Shown here piece after piece: positions 29,734 to 46,049 of a DNA stretch of 64,000 bases. Under the pieces are notes generated by a model that was not told where the DNA came from, did not search any database, and worked only from the letters and a program-made list of their open reading frames with translations. A program made the position numbers and the translations under genes. The stretch lies in NCBI RefSeq assembly GCF_009914755.1, contig NC_060926.1. One strand, given 5' to 3'. The DNA comes from the human T2T-CHM13v2.0 reference genome, Homo sapiens. Numbering within the stretch: position 1 is the stretch's first letter; every line of letters begins with the position of its first letter.

Positions 29734-29734
<1 letters not shown>
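29241..29734 (-). mobile_element. Inverted 5' segment of an L1PA element (end of ORF1, spacer, ORF2 N-terminus)
   Basis: Minus ORF 29136-29444 gives KAGIAILFSDKTDFKPTKIK...NIYAPNTGAPRFIKQV. The reverse complement contains the ORF1 stop (catgccaaattgtaa) and ORF2 start (atgacaggatcaaattcacac). Confidence 0.95.
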
Positions 29735-33375
<3,641 letters not shown>

Positions 33376-33561
33376 AAACAAGATTTCTGTCTTGTCATGA
33401 ATCCCATTAGCACCACTTCAAATTTGCCAAATTCGATGATCAGCTTCTTGCCACTGGAAATATGCTCTAGGTTTTCCCTCCACTGCCCAAAACCCGGGTC
33501 ATGGGCTAAGTTTCACCAAAGCTTTTGGCACTGATGGCCTAGAACTGACTCAAACAGTTTC

Positions 33562-33586
33562 ATATATATATATATATATATATATT
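33562..33586. repeat. (AT)n microsatellite
   Basis: About 12 perfect AT units. Confidence 0.9.
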
Positions 33587-35829
33587 TAGAAATCCAAACA
33601 TGCATTATTTCTAACCCAATAATATCATTGGACACTTTCACTAGGGATTGCTGTTAGCTTGTTATTAGTTGTAGGAATATGGAACAGTTTAAATTTTTTC
33701 AAAGCAAGGAAGTCAGCTAAGATTTCAGTCCTATTGTCAGCCTGTCTGAAGAGATTTTTAGATTGGTAAAATTACCTCCAATAAGAAGCTACAAAATATA
33801 ATCATTTCAGATCCATTTTTGAATTATAAACTCAAAATGATTTCATAAATTTCTATAAAAGGGTTGCTTTAGGATGTTAGTACTTATGAAATTTCTTGGA
33901 GTTAAAATAAAAAAAGCATTTTTTATGGGTGAGATAAAGAGTTTTATAGCTGGCTTAAAGTAACTCTTTTTCGCAATGATTTCAAATAAAGAGTACGAAG
34001 GTTGCAGGGGGAAAAGCTATACCGACTTGCATCATTCCCCAGATAGAAATTCATGTCTGCTTAAGGAAATGCCATCAAGGTAGGCAACTATCTTTACCTC
34101 TCTCCAAAAAGGATGCCTATGCCATCAACATAGGCACCTATCTTTACCTCCCTCCTTGTTTCAAAATTACTGGACGCAAATATGTCTGTATACTCATACA
34201 CTGACATACACAGTGTATGTTTCCAACACAATGAATTAAAGCAAATTTTAAATTTACAGAAAAGATTAGAGTTAGGTTAGTTATAACCAGTGGTGCTCAC
34301 ATTTTCTTGTGTCCTTTTTAATAAATCTCATAACTTCTATTTTTTCTTTCGTTCTTAAATAATGATACACTTTCTAGGTTCTCTCTTACTTTGCTCACAG
34401 TGTTATTATCAGGGGTCAAATAATAAAACATATTTCTCAATTCTTCAGAGACTGAAATATGTTCTATACATATTATTATGAACTCCATATGAAAGATTCT
34501 CCATACTAATTGCAAATGGCATTCTAAATGCAACTTGATTGAAATTTCTTTCTCCCCCCAGGCAATTTTATGCTATTACTTTGCAAAACATACATGCTCC
34601 TGGTTTGCTTCCAGTTGACAATAGCGTGTTCCTAGTTTGCAATTCCACTTTGGACTTGCTTCTTCCTTGAAGATTAAACTGCTTTTGATTTAGCCATCAG
34701 CTTCTAAGGAATACATTAATAGTTTGGTATTTCCAGTAGTCTTTTACACAAGCTGGTTGCTTAATATCAGCTGTTCTTTTTTGTATATGCAGTAAGAGGC
34801 AGATTCCTTATTGAGTGAGAAGATATCACAAGCCTAGGATAACTCCAATATTTCCTCATACTGGAAAGCTCAGATCTTTATCTTACATATTTGTTTCTCT
34901 ATTTCTTTTTTTAATATAGTTGTTAGCCCTTGACAGGAAATGTTACTCAGCTGTTGATAAGTTGCAATTCTACATATCAAAATTACATCCTGAGGCAACT
35001 GTCAGTTAGTAGATTAGCCAGGGCTACAATTATATTGTGACATTTGGCTAATTGTCATTCAGGCCTAAAAGATAAACATGCTGACTCTTAAGTTCCAGGG
35101 CTGATCTTTTCAGAATGAGCTAATTGGAAGGGTTCCCTTCCTTCTCAGGAACCTCCTATTTAGCATCTTTAAATAATAGACGGAAGCATTTATCAGTATT
35201 AAGACACATAATACAGTCACTTCCACTTAGCCTGATCCCTTGGTCATATTACATTTATCAATTGGATTAAAGCATTAAAACCTTATCGGGCTTCTTTCCT
35301 AATCAATAGTAATTATTTCAAGCAGATTTTAATGGATAATTCAATTATAATACCTCCAGAGACCTGCAACTTTTACAGACAATAAAAAAATTAGAAAAAG
35401 TAAATTAAACATAGGGTATATAAAAATAACCTGTCAAAAGCCCGATCTGAGGCAGGACTATAAAGAGCCTAAGGCAAAATTTTAAAGCTTTTCTTATCAT
35501 TTGACATGATAATTTGAATATGATTAATGCAATTGTTAACCTGATAGGTGCGTTGTCTTTTATTTTCTCTTAGAACTGAGAAGTACAATTTCCTCTGTTA
35601 TATTTCATACACATTTAGGTCTTCAAACTGAAAATTGCAATTTAAACTTTGATTCAGCAAATATTTAAGGGTTTGGGTACAATGGCTGCATAAGATAGTA
35701 AAATATACGTAAAAATGAAAATTCAAGTCATAACTGGTCTAAATTTGCAGACCTTTAAGATAAAGAAGAAAAGTCATAATATAGAATTCAAAAAGCAATA
35801 TAGTCTTAACCATCAAAAGTCAATACAGC

Positions 35830-36452
35830 AAAAGGAATAAATTGCTGCATTCTAAATTCTAACATATGTATCTTCTCAAAACAACATTAATTATCTTACA
35901 GATTTTCTGGGTTAGGGATCCTGGCTTGTCTTCTTTGGGTTGTCTGACTCTGTGTCTCCCATAAGGTTGCAATCAAGGTGTCAGCTGGGGCTGCAGTCAT
36001 TCTGCAAGTTCCAGTGGGCGAAGATCCACCTCCAACTTAATTCACAAGGTATTTGACATGTTTGCTTTCCTTGTGGGCTGTCAGAATTAGAGTCTCAGGC
36101 TGTCCTCAGTTTCTTGTCACATGTGGCCTCCCCATTGGGTAGCTAAAACATGGCAGCTTGCTTCATCAAAGCAAGCAAGCATGAAGATGAGAGATGGAGA
36201 GAGTGAAGGGGATGTGGGGAGAGAGAGGAGGAAGAGAGAACAAGATAGTGTAAGATGGCAAAGGAAGGAGTTCAAAAAAGGAGGAAGTCATAGATCTAAT
36301 CTTGAAAGAGACATTCTATTGTTTTTGCCACATTCTATTTGTTAGAAGCAAATCACTAGGTCTGGCTCACACTCAAGGAGAGAGGACTGCACAAGTAGAG
36401 GATTACTGAGATTATTTAAGAACTTGGATTCTTTTAGAAGGCTTCATACAAC
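35830..36452 (-). mobile_element. MLT1F-like MaLR LTR
   Basis: gcaatcaaggtgtcagctggggctgcagtcat; aacatggcagcttgcttcatcaaagc; tgccacattctatttgttagaagcaaatcactaggtc...cacactcaagg. Confidence 0.8.
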
Positions 36453-36574
36453 AATGAAGAATTATTGTTTTGTTTTCCTTAGCCCCCAAGATACAGGCAT
36501 TTTTCGTGCTAGAATGGAGACCCATACCAACAAATTATCAACTTTTCTTCTGGTGACTGACTTTTACACACAGT

Positions 36575-36747
36575 ATATAAAGATATATTTATAATATATA
36601 TAAGATTTTATATTTAAAACATATTTTATATATAATCATATATTTTATATATAAAATATAAATATATTTATATAAAATATAAAAATCTTATATATTATAT
36701 ATAGACTTATAGATTTATATATGTGTGTGTGTGTAGTGTGTGTGTAT
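36575..36747. repeat. AT-rich low-complexity (TA)n tract followed by (TG)n
   Basis: Direct inspection. Confidence 0.85.
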
Positions 36748-37415
36748 GACTGTCCATTCTTACACTGGGTAAAGCAGCAAAATTGAATATTCAATTTACA
36801 GTAACATTTAATATATTTGGCATATCAAGTCTCTTAAAATGACCTCTCAATATTTAATCACCTGTGAAAGCAGACACTCCATAGTTTCTTACTATGACTG
36901 AAATCTGTGATTTGTCACTATCAGCTAGGACATTATACCTGGGTTGGAGTGCATGCGGGAATCTTGTTTATTAACAAGTAAAAACTCCAAGTCATTCTTA
37001 TGCAGAAAGTCCCTGCGGTGCACTTTTAGAAATGTCCATGCTTTGTGTTTGCTTGACATTTTTTAACAAACAAAATAAATGAAACTTGAGAGCATAACTG
37101 AATGTACACGTTCAAGTTCTTCAGCTAGTTAGTCATAGACCTGAGGCTAGAATCAACTCATTTGACTCCCAATTTAGTGCTTGTTAAAAAACTGTATATT
37201 TATACTAATATGTTATGAGCTATAGAGTATAACTAAAAGACTATTAGGTATAGGACATCTGCTAATTTTTCTTCTCACTTTCTTCATTCATTGAGTGCAT
37301 GAATGAGCAAGATTGACATGGATAAGCTTTAGATAAATGAGTTCAATACATTTTAAGAACTCTTGAACATTTTAGAAAAGCATGTGTTTACAAGAAACAT
37401 ACCATAACTGCAAGT

Positions 37416-37787
37416 TGTCACAGGTAGCAACTGAGGTTGGTGTCATGGGTGGTAAATGTATTTACCAAGATAGTCATTAGTAAAGAAAGGTGAATTTATT
37501 AGAGATGGTATGAAAATATGTTGCAAAGATCAATGGACAGAACAGCAGAGACAGGCCTGTCTACAAAGAGGCAGGGGCTGGAGCGAAATTTTATAGTCTC
37601 ATGCTGGAGGGAACTACATGAAGAACAAGGTCTTGCTGCTGGAGCCACCATGGAATGAGGTCATTGTGCCCCCAGGTTGTTTGTGATTAGCTGTCTCTCA
37701 GAACAATTGTTCATTTTTCTCCCCACTTGGGATCTTCCTCATCCTGGAGCCCCTTCCTCATTGTTGCTTTCTCGTAAGGACTCTGCA
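37416..37787 (-). mobile_element. 3' LTR of an ERV1 (MER4-group; MER83/MER84-like, name uncertain) provirus
   Basis: TG...CA ends; minus-strand AATAAA (tttatt ~37495) and TATA box (ttttatag ~37589); homologous to 49184-49450 in the same orientation. Confidence 0.8.
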
Positions 37788-39408
37788 GTACCCTAATATA
37801 GAACAATGGCAAATCTTTGGTATTGGGGCACAGGTCTCATCTTCCAACTACTTCCTGCTGGTCTGTGGCATAGAATTGACCCTACCTGTGCTTGTTGGTC
37901 TGTCAGGAGACCCTGTAGTCATTGTCTCACACTGTGGGGCCTAGGATATTGGATCTTGCTGGAGAAAGGGACTCATTAGAGAGGTGGTGCATATCAAGTG
38001 AAACTGATATCCAGCTGAATCCAGGGGAGACTTGTAAATGTAGTAGACGTCATTAGGGAGAGACTGATATTGTGTTAATAGCATCATTTGAAGGTGAAAA
38101 TGCTGAATTCTGGAAGATAAAATATTGTAAGATTGCATTTGGGGTTATGAGTATAGGAGGGGAATACATGACTCTTAAGAACAGCATGAGAAGGTTTTTT
38201 TGTTAGTTTTCTGTTTGTTTTACAATGAGAATTTAGACATATTAAGAAAAGTCAAGGACACAAAATTAAGTTATGTTAGAGGAAAACATTGCTTAATTTT
38301 TTGACCTTCAAGATGAAATATTTTAGCATTGTGCCATAGTAACAATTAGAACCAGAAGAAAAAGTTATAGGAGCTGACAAAAACTGAAAGGGAGAGTTGT
38401 TATCTCAGGCCTGCTACAGGGAAGAAAAAGCAGGAAGCAGTGAGACACTGCAAATAGTTAAATTTCTGAGATATGATACTGAGAAGTTTGTTGCTGTTGT
38501 TATTTGTTTTTGAGACAGAGTTTTGCTCTGTTGCCCAAGCTGGATTACAATGATGCAAACTCAGCTCCCTGCAACCTCCACCTCCCAGATTCAAGTGATT
38601 CTCCTGCCTCAGCCTTCTGAGTAGCTGGGATTATGGAGGTATGCAACCACTCATCTAATTTTTGTATTTTTAGTAGTTATAGGGTTTCACCATGTTATCC
38701 ATGTTGGTCTTGAACTCCTGGCCTCATGTCATGTGCCCACCTCGACCTCCCAAGAGCTGGGATGACAGGCGTGAGCCACCATGCCTGGCCTCTGAGAAGT
38801 TTTTTAAAAGAATCATTAAAAGTAAAACTTCTTGCAATTTTATTAAGATCACATTAATACCCTAATAAAACATTTTTTAAAATAGGAGACCAATGTTAGA
38901 AAGACTGTCCCAAATAATTCCCTTTCAATTATAACCAACTTAATCAGGGACTTTTGGGAGAATGGTATTTGGTCCCTTAAGTAATACAAAGGAGTATTAA
39001 TTTTTCTTTTGGAGGGAGGATGTGCCATGTGTTCCGTTTATTCAACAGGATTTGGAAGAGAGTTGCTCAGAAAAGGAGATTAGTACAGAATCACTATAAG
39101 TCATTTGTTTAGCCAAAATAATAACTCCAAAATTTTTAAAATACAAAAATCTTTACTAGCTAATAGAGGGGAGACCAAGCTTTCCAAACAAGATGCAATA
39201 AAGACAGCATGAGGCTAACTGAATCTGTCTCCTCTCCTCTCCTTTTTCTGTTATTTACCAAAAAGTAAAAAAAAAAAAATTATTATTTTTTAATATTACA
39301 CGAAAATCTTATTTAAAAGAAACAACTGAATTTCACCTTTATATTAGAGTATTATTAATGTTAAATCAAATTCTTAATAAAACCTAATAAACAAATATAT
39401 CCAATCTT
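37788..39408 (-). mobile_element. ERV1 (MER4-group) internal region, 3' part
   Basis: MER4-int-like AT-rich motifs (aaagttataggagctgac, gggagaccaagctttcc, ttaataaaacctaataaacaaa); joins 46073 onward across the L1 TSD. Confidence 0.7.
38490..38790 (-). mobile_element. AluS inserted in the ERV internal region
   Basis: Full antisense Alu; TSD ctgagaagttt at 38479-38489 and 38792-38802. Confidence 0.93.
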
Positions 39409-42400
39409 CCCCCCCTCCCCCCCACTCTGCAACCTTTATTTTAAATTCAAGGGTACATGAGCAGGGTGTGCAGGTTGGTTACATAGGTAAACGTGTGCCA
39501 TGGTGGTTTGCTATACAGATCATCCTATCAAAAGGTATTAAGATCATCATCTATTAGCTGTTCTTCCTGATACTCTCCCTCTCAACCCTAACCCCCTCCA
39601 CAGGCCATAGTGTGTGTTGTTTTCCCAGATGTGACAATGTGTTCTCATCATTTGGCTCCTACTTATAAGTGAGAACATTCAGTGTTTGGTTTTGTGTTTC
39701 TGCATTAGTTTCCTGAGGATAACAGCTTCCAACTCCATTCATGTGCCTGCAAAGAACATGATCTTGTTCCTTTTAATGGCTGCATAGTATTCCATTTAGT
39801 ATATGTACCATATTTCTTTATCCAGTTTATCACTGATGAACATTTAGGTTGATTCCAAGTCTTTACTATTGTGCTATTGTGATTAGTACTTCAGTGAACA
39901 TATGCATGCATGTATCTTCGTAATAAAATAATTTATATTTCTTTGAGTACATACCCAGTGGGATTTCAGGGTCTAATCGTATTTCTGCCTCCAGGTCTTT
40001 GAGGAATAAACACACTGTCTTCCACAATGGTTGAGCTAATTTACACTCCTACCAACAGTGTAAAAGTGTTTTTTTTCCCAGAACCTCACCAGTATCTGCT
40101 GTTTTTTGACTTTTATTCTGAGTGGTGAGAGATGGTATCTCATTGTGGTTTTGATTTGCGTTTTTTAATCATCAGTAATGTTGAGCTTTTTTTCATATGT
40201 TTGTTGGCCCCATGTATGTCTTCTTTTGAAAAGTGTCTGTTCATGTCCTTTTCTCACTTTTTAATCTGGTTCTTTGTTCATTTTTTCTTCTAAATTTGTT
40301 TAAGTTTCTTGTGGACTCAGATGTTAGACCTTTGTCAGATGGATAGATTGCTCCCATTCTGTAGGTTGTCTGTTCATGCTGATTATAGTTTCTTCTGCTT
40401 TGCAGACCTCTTAGGTTTAATTAAATCCCATTTGTCAATTTTTGTTTTTGTTGCAATTGCTTTTGGTGTTTCCATCATAAAATCTTTGCTCATGACTGTG
40501 TCCTGAATAGTATTGCCTAGGTTTTCTTCCAGGGTTTTAAAGTTAAGTATTTACATTTATGTCTTTAATCTGTCTTGAGTTTATTTTTATAAGGTCTAAG
40601 AAAGGGGTCCAGTTTCAATTTTCTGCAAAAGGCTAGCCAGTTCTCCCAGCACCATTTATTAAATAGGGAATCCTTTCCCCATTGCTTTCTTTTGTCCAGT
40701 TTGTCAAAGACCAGATGGTTGTAGGTGTATGTTGTTATTTCTGAGTTTTCTACTCTAGTCGATTGGTTTATGTGTTTTGTTTGTTTGTTTGTTTTGTTTT
40801 GTTTTTACCAGTACCATGCTGTTTTGGTTACCATAGCTTTGTAGTATGGCTTGAGGTCAGGCAGCATGATGCCTCCAGCTTTGTTCTTTTTGCTTAGGAT
40901 TTTCACTATACGGGCTCTTTTGTGATTCCATATGAATTTTAAAATACTTTATTCTAATTATATGAAAAATATCAGTGGTAGTTTAATGGGAATAACACTG
41001 AATCCATAAATTACTTTGGGCAGTGTGGCCATTTTCACAATATTGATTCTTCCTATCCATGAGCATGGAATGCTTTTCCATTTGTTGTGTCCTCTCTGAT
41101 ATCCTTGAACAGTGGTTTGTAGCTCTCCTTGAAGAGGTTCTTAACTTACCTTGCTATATTCCCAGGTATTTTATGCTTTGTGTAGTAATTGTGAATGGGA
41201 GTTTATTCATGATTTGGCTCTCTGCTTGCCTGTTGTGGGTGTATAGGTATGCTAGCTATTTTTGCACGATTATTTTACATCCTGAGATTTTGCTGAAGTT
41301 GCTTATCAGCTTGAAAAGTTTTTGGGTTCAGAGGATGAGTTTTCAAGATCTAGGATCATGTCATCAGCAAACAAAGATACTTTGACTTCCTCTCTTTCTA
41401 TTTGAATAACTTTTATTTCTTTTCTCTTGCCTGGCTAGAACTTCCAATATTATGTTGAATAGGAGTGGTGAAACAGGGAATCCTTGCCCTGTGCTGCTTT
41501 TCAAGGGGAATGCTTACAGCTTTTGCCCATTCAGTATGATATTGGCTGTGGTTTGGCATATATGGCTCTTATTATTTTGAAATATGTTCTGTCAATGCAT
41601 AGTTTATTGAGAGGTTTTTTAATATAGAGGAATGCTGAATTTTATTGAAGGCCTTTAATGTGACTATTGAGATAATCATATGGATTTTGTCTTTAGTTCT
41701 GTTTATGTGATGAATTACATTTATTGAATTGTGTTTGTTAAACCACCCTTGCATCCAAGGGATGAAGCCAGCTTGATTGTGGTAAATAAGCTTTTTGATT
41801 TGCTGCTAGATTTGGTTTGCCAGTATTTTATTGAAGATTTTTGCATTGACGTTGATCAGGTATATTGTCTTGAAATTTTGTTTTTGGTTTTATCACTGCC
41901 AGGTTTTGGTTTTATCACTGCCAGGTTTTGGTATCAGGAGGATTCTGGCCTCATAGAATGAGTTAGAGATGAATCCCTCCCTTTCAGTTATTTGGAATAG
42001 TTTCACTAGAATGGTACCAACTCTTCTTTGTACCTCAGCTGTGAATCTGTCTGGTCATGGCTTTTTGTTGTTGTTGTTGATAGGCTATTTATTACTGCAT
42101 AAATTTTAGAACTCATTATTGGTCTATTCAGGGGTTCAAGTTCTTCCTGGTTCAGTCTTTGGAGGGTGTGTGTGTCCAAGAATTTATCCATTTCTTCTGC
42201 TTTACGTACACAAAGGTGTTTCTAATATTCTCTGATGGTTGCATTCCTGTGAGGTCAGTGGTAATATCCCTCTTGTCATTTCTGCTTGTGTTTATCTGAA
42301 TTTTCTCTCTTATTCTTTATTAGTCTAACTTCCAGTCTATCTATCTTATTAATTTTTTCAAACAAAACAGATCCTGGATTCATTGATTTTCTTGAAAGAG

Positions 42401-45400
42401 TTTTTATGCCTCTTTTTTCTTCAGTTCTGCTCTGATCTTGGTTAATTTTGTCTTCTGCTAGCTTTGGAGTTTGTTTGTTCTTGGTTCTCTAATTATTTTA
42501 GTTGTTAGGCTAGGTTGTTAATTTGAGATTTTTCCAGCTTTTTGATGTGAACATTTAGTGCTATAAATTTCCCTTCTAACACTGCTTTAGCTGCATCCCA
42601 GAGATCCTGGTATGTTGTCTCTTCTCATTAGTTTCAAAGAACTTCTTGATTTCTGCCTTAATTTCATTATTCACCCAGGCGTCATTCAGGAGCAGGTTGT
42701 TCAATTTCCATGTAGTTTTGTGGTTCTGAGTGAATTTCTTAATCTTGAGTTTTAATTTAATTGTGCTGTAATCTGAGAGACTGTTACGATTTCAGTTCTT
42801 TTGCATTTGCTGAGGAGTGTTTTACTCCCAATTATGTGATCAGTTTTAGAGTAAGTTCCATGTAGTGATGAGTAGAACGTATACTTTTTTAATTTTTTGA
42901 GTGAAAACTTCTGTATATATCTATCAAGTCTGCTGGATCCCAACTGAGTTCACATCCTGAATATCCTTGTTAATTTTCTGTCTCAATGATCTGTCTAATA
43001 TTGTCAGTAGAGTGTTACAGTTTCCCACTATCCACTATTCTTGTGTGGGAGTCTAAGTCTCTTTATAGTTCTCTAAGAACTTGCTTTATGAATCTGGGTG
43101 CTCCTGTATTGGTATATAATATTATATTTATATTATAATATTATAAAATATTAATTATTATTTAATTTATATAATAAATTAAAATCATTAATATAAATGT
43201 ATATTATAAATATTTAAGATATTTAATTCTTCTTGTCAAATTGAACCCTTTATCATTATGTATGCCCTTCATTGGATTTTTTTATCTTTGTTGGTTTAAA
43301 ATCTGTTTTGTCAGAGACTAGAATTGTGACCACTGCTTTTTTCTGGTTTCCATTTGCTTGGTAAAGTTTCCTCCATTTTTTTTTTTTTAAATTTTGAGCC
43401 TGTGTGTGTCTTTGCACATGATATGGGTCTCTTGAAGACAGTATACCAATGGGTCTTGGCTCTTTATCCAGCTTGCCATTCTGTGTATTCTAATTGGGGC
43501 ATTTAGCCCATTTACATTTAAGGTTAGTATTGTTATGTGTGAATTTGATCCTGTCATCATGATACTAGCTGGTATCTTGCAGACTTGTTTATGTGGTTAC
43601 TTCATAGTTCTGTGTAGTCCCATGTCTCTTTGAAGTGACTGGTAACTTTTTTTTTCTTTCCATATTTAGTGCTTCCTTCAGGAGCTCTTGCAGGGAAGCA
43701 CTAAATTTGGGGAAAGGGGGTGATGAATTCCCTCAGCATTTGCTTGTCTGAAACGGATCATATTTCTCCTTTGCTTATGAAGCTTAGTTTGGCTGGATAT
43801 GAAATTATGGGTTGAAATTATTTTCTTTAAGAATGTTGAATATTGGCCCCGGATCTCTTCTGGCTCATAGGGTTTCCACTGAGACGTCTGCTGTTAGTCT
43901 GATGGGCTTCTTTTTGTAGGTGATCTGGCCTTTCTCTCTGGCTACTCTTAAAAGTTTTCCCATCATTTCATCCTTGGAGAATCTGATGCTTATGTTATTT
44001 TGGGTTGATCTGCTCACAGAAAGTCTTACTGGGTTTCTCTGGATTTTTCTGAATTTGAATGTTGGCCTGTCTTGTTAGGTTGGGGAAGTTCTCCTGACTC
44101 ATATCCTGAAGTATGTTTTCCAACTTTATTCCATTCTCCCTGTCACTTTCAGGTACCTCAGTCAATCATAGGTTTGCTCTTTTTACATAATCTCATATTT
44201 CTTAGAGGTTTTATTCATTACTTCTTTTTTTTTTTCTCTATTCTTGTCTGCCTGTCTTATTTCAGAAAAATAGTCTTCAAGCTGTGAGATTCTTTCCTTT
44301 GTTTGGCATACTCTGCTATTGATACTTGTGATTGCATTGTGAAGTTCTTGTGTTGTGTTTTTTAGGTCCATCAGGTCAATTTTGTTTCTCTCTAAACTGT
44401 CTATTCTGGCTATCAGCTCCTGTATTGTTATATCATAATTCTTAGCTTCTTTGCATTGGGTTACAACATGATCCTTTAGCTCAGCGAAGTTCATTATTAC
44501 CCAGCTTCTCAAGCATAGTCCTATAAATTTAGCCATTTCGGCCTCAGTCCAGTTCTGTGCCCTTGCTGGAGAGGTGCTGCAGTCATATGGAAGAGAAGAG
44601 GCACTCTGGCCTTATGAGTTTTCAGCATTTTTGCATTGATTCTTTCTCATCTTTGTGAGCTTATTTACCTTTGATCTTTGAGGCTGCTAACCTTTAAATA
44701 GTGTTTTTGTGGGGCCTTTTTGCTGACGTTTTTGTTTGTTTCTATTTGTTCTTCTTTCAACAGTCAGGCCACTCTTCTGTAGGGTGGCTGCAGTTTGCTG
44801 GGGGTCCGCTCCAGACCCTACTTGCCTTGGGTTTTTCCATGACTGGAGGTATCAACAGTGAAGACTGCAAAACAGCAAAGATGGAAGCCTGCTTCTTCCT
44901 CTGGAAGCTCCATCCCAAGGGGGTAATGACCTGTGGCCAGCCCAAACATCCTCTGGCAGGTGTCTGTAGACCCCCGTTGGGAGATCTCACCCAGTCAGGA
45001 GGAATGAGATCAGGGACCCACTGAAAGAAGCAGTCTAGCTGCTTTTTGGTAGAGAAGCTGTTCTGCATTTGGGGGGACCCCTCCTCGTCCCAACTGCCTG
45101 GACTCTCCAGAGCCAACACGCTGGAATGGCTGAGTCGAATGAACTGCAGAGATGGCATCTGCTCCTCCCTGCCAGGGGCTTCAACCCACGGAGAGATCGG
45201 AGTTCTGTCCATATAACCCTGACTGGAGTTGCTGAAATTCCCACAGGAAGGCCCCATCTAGTGAAGAGGAATGGATTAGGGTCCCAATTAAAGAAGCAGT
45301 CTAGTCACAATCTTGTACAGCAGCTGTGCTGTGTTGTGGGAGACTCTTCTTTATCCGGACTGCCTGGATTCTCCAGAGCAAGCAGGCTAGAACAACTGAG

Positions 45401-46049
45401 TCGACCGAACCGCAGAGATGGCAGCTGCCCTACCTCCTAGAACTCAGTCCTGTCCCAGGCAATCTTCAGCCTTTTGCAGCTGGCTGGCTGGAATTCCAAG
45501 TGAGTGGGTATTAACTTGTGAGGTGCCAGAAATGGGGCCTGCAGAATGACGCTACTTGGCTTCCTAGATTCAACCCCCTTCCTAGGGGAAAGTACAAATG
45601 GATCTCCTGCTTTGCCAGGATTCCCTGGGCTGGAGTATGTAAAACTCCCGGGTCTCTCTGTGTGCCTTTGCAGCTGTGCTGGCGAGACTCCCCACAGTTC
45701 TGTGTATTGGCCTCAGGTCCCTGGTGGCATGGGCTCATGAGGGGATCTCCTGATACGCAGGTTGTAAAGATCTGTCGGAGAAGCTAGTTTCCCAGGTGGG
45801 GGTCACACAATCAGTCACCGCTTCCTTTGGCTTGTAGTGGGTGTTCCTTTGGCTCCATGCGGATGCCTGGTTGGCCATCATCCCACCCTGCTTTTCCTTA
45901 TTCTCCATGGGTCGAGCTGTCCACCTAGTCAGTCCCAGTGGGAGAACCCGGATATTTCAGTTGAAAGTGCTGAATTCACTCGCAATTTTTACTCCTCTCT
46001 GTGAAAACCATGACGCCAGCTGCTTCTAATCAGCCATCTTGGCCCCTCC
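39409..46049 (-). mobile_element. Full-length (~6.6 kb) L1PA8/PA8A-like LINE-1 inserted into the ERV; ORFs decayed
   Basis: 3'UTR (acataggtaaacgtgtgccatggtggtttgct), ORF2 pieces ([30 protein letters not shown]), ORF1 coiled coil (44183-44536), GC-rich 5'UTR ending cagccatcttggcccctcc. TSD aatatatccaatctt (39394-39408) versus aatctgtccaatctt (46073-46087). Confidence 0.95.

Noticed and set aside
41882-41932. 22-bp tandem duplication (ttttggttttatcactgccagg) in the L1
   Set aside because: Ordinary slippage duplication in a dead element.
44701-46029. Dense overlapping ORFs and an internal repeat (aagaagcagtctag at ~45027 and ~45291)
   Set aside because: This is the GC-rich L1PA8-type 5'UTR; the repeat is probably a consensus feature.
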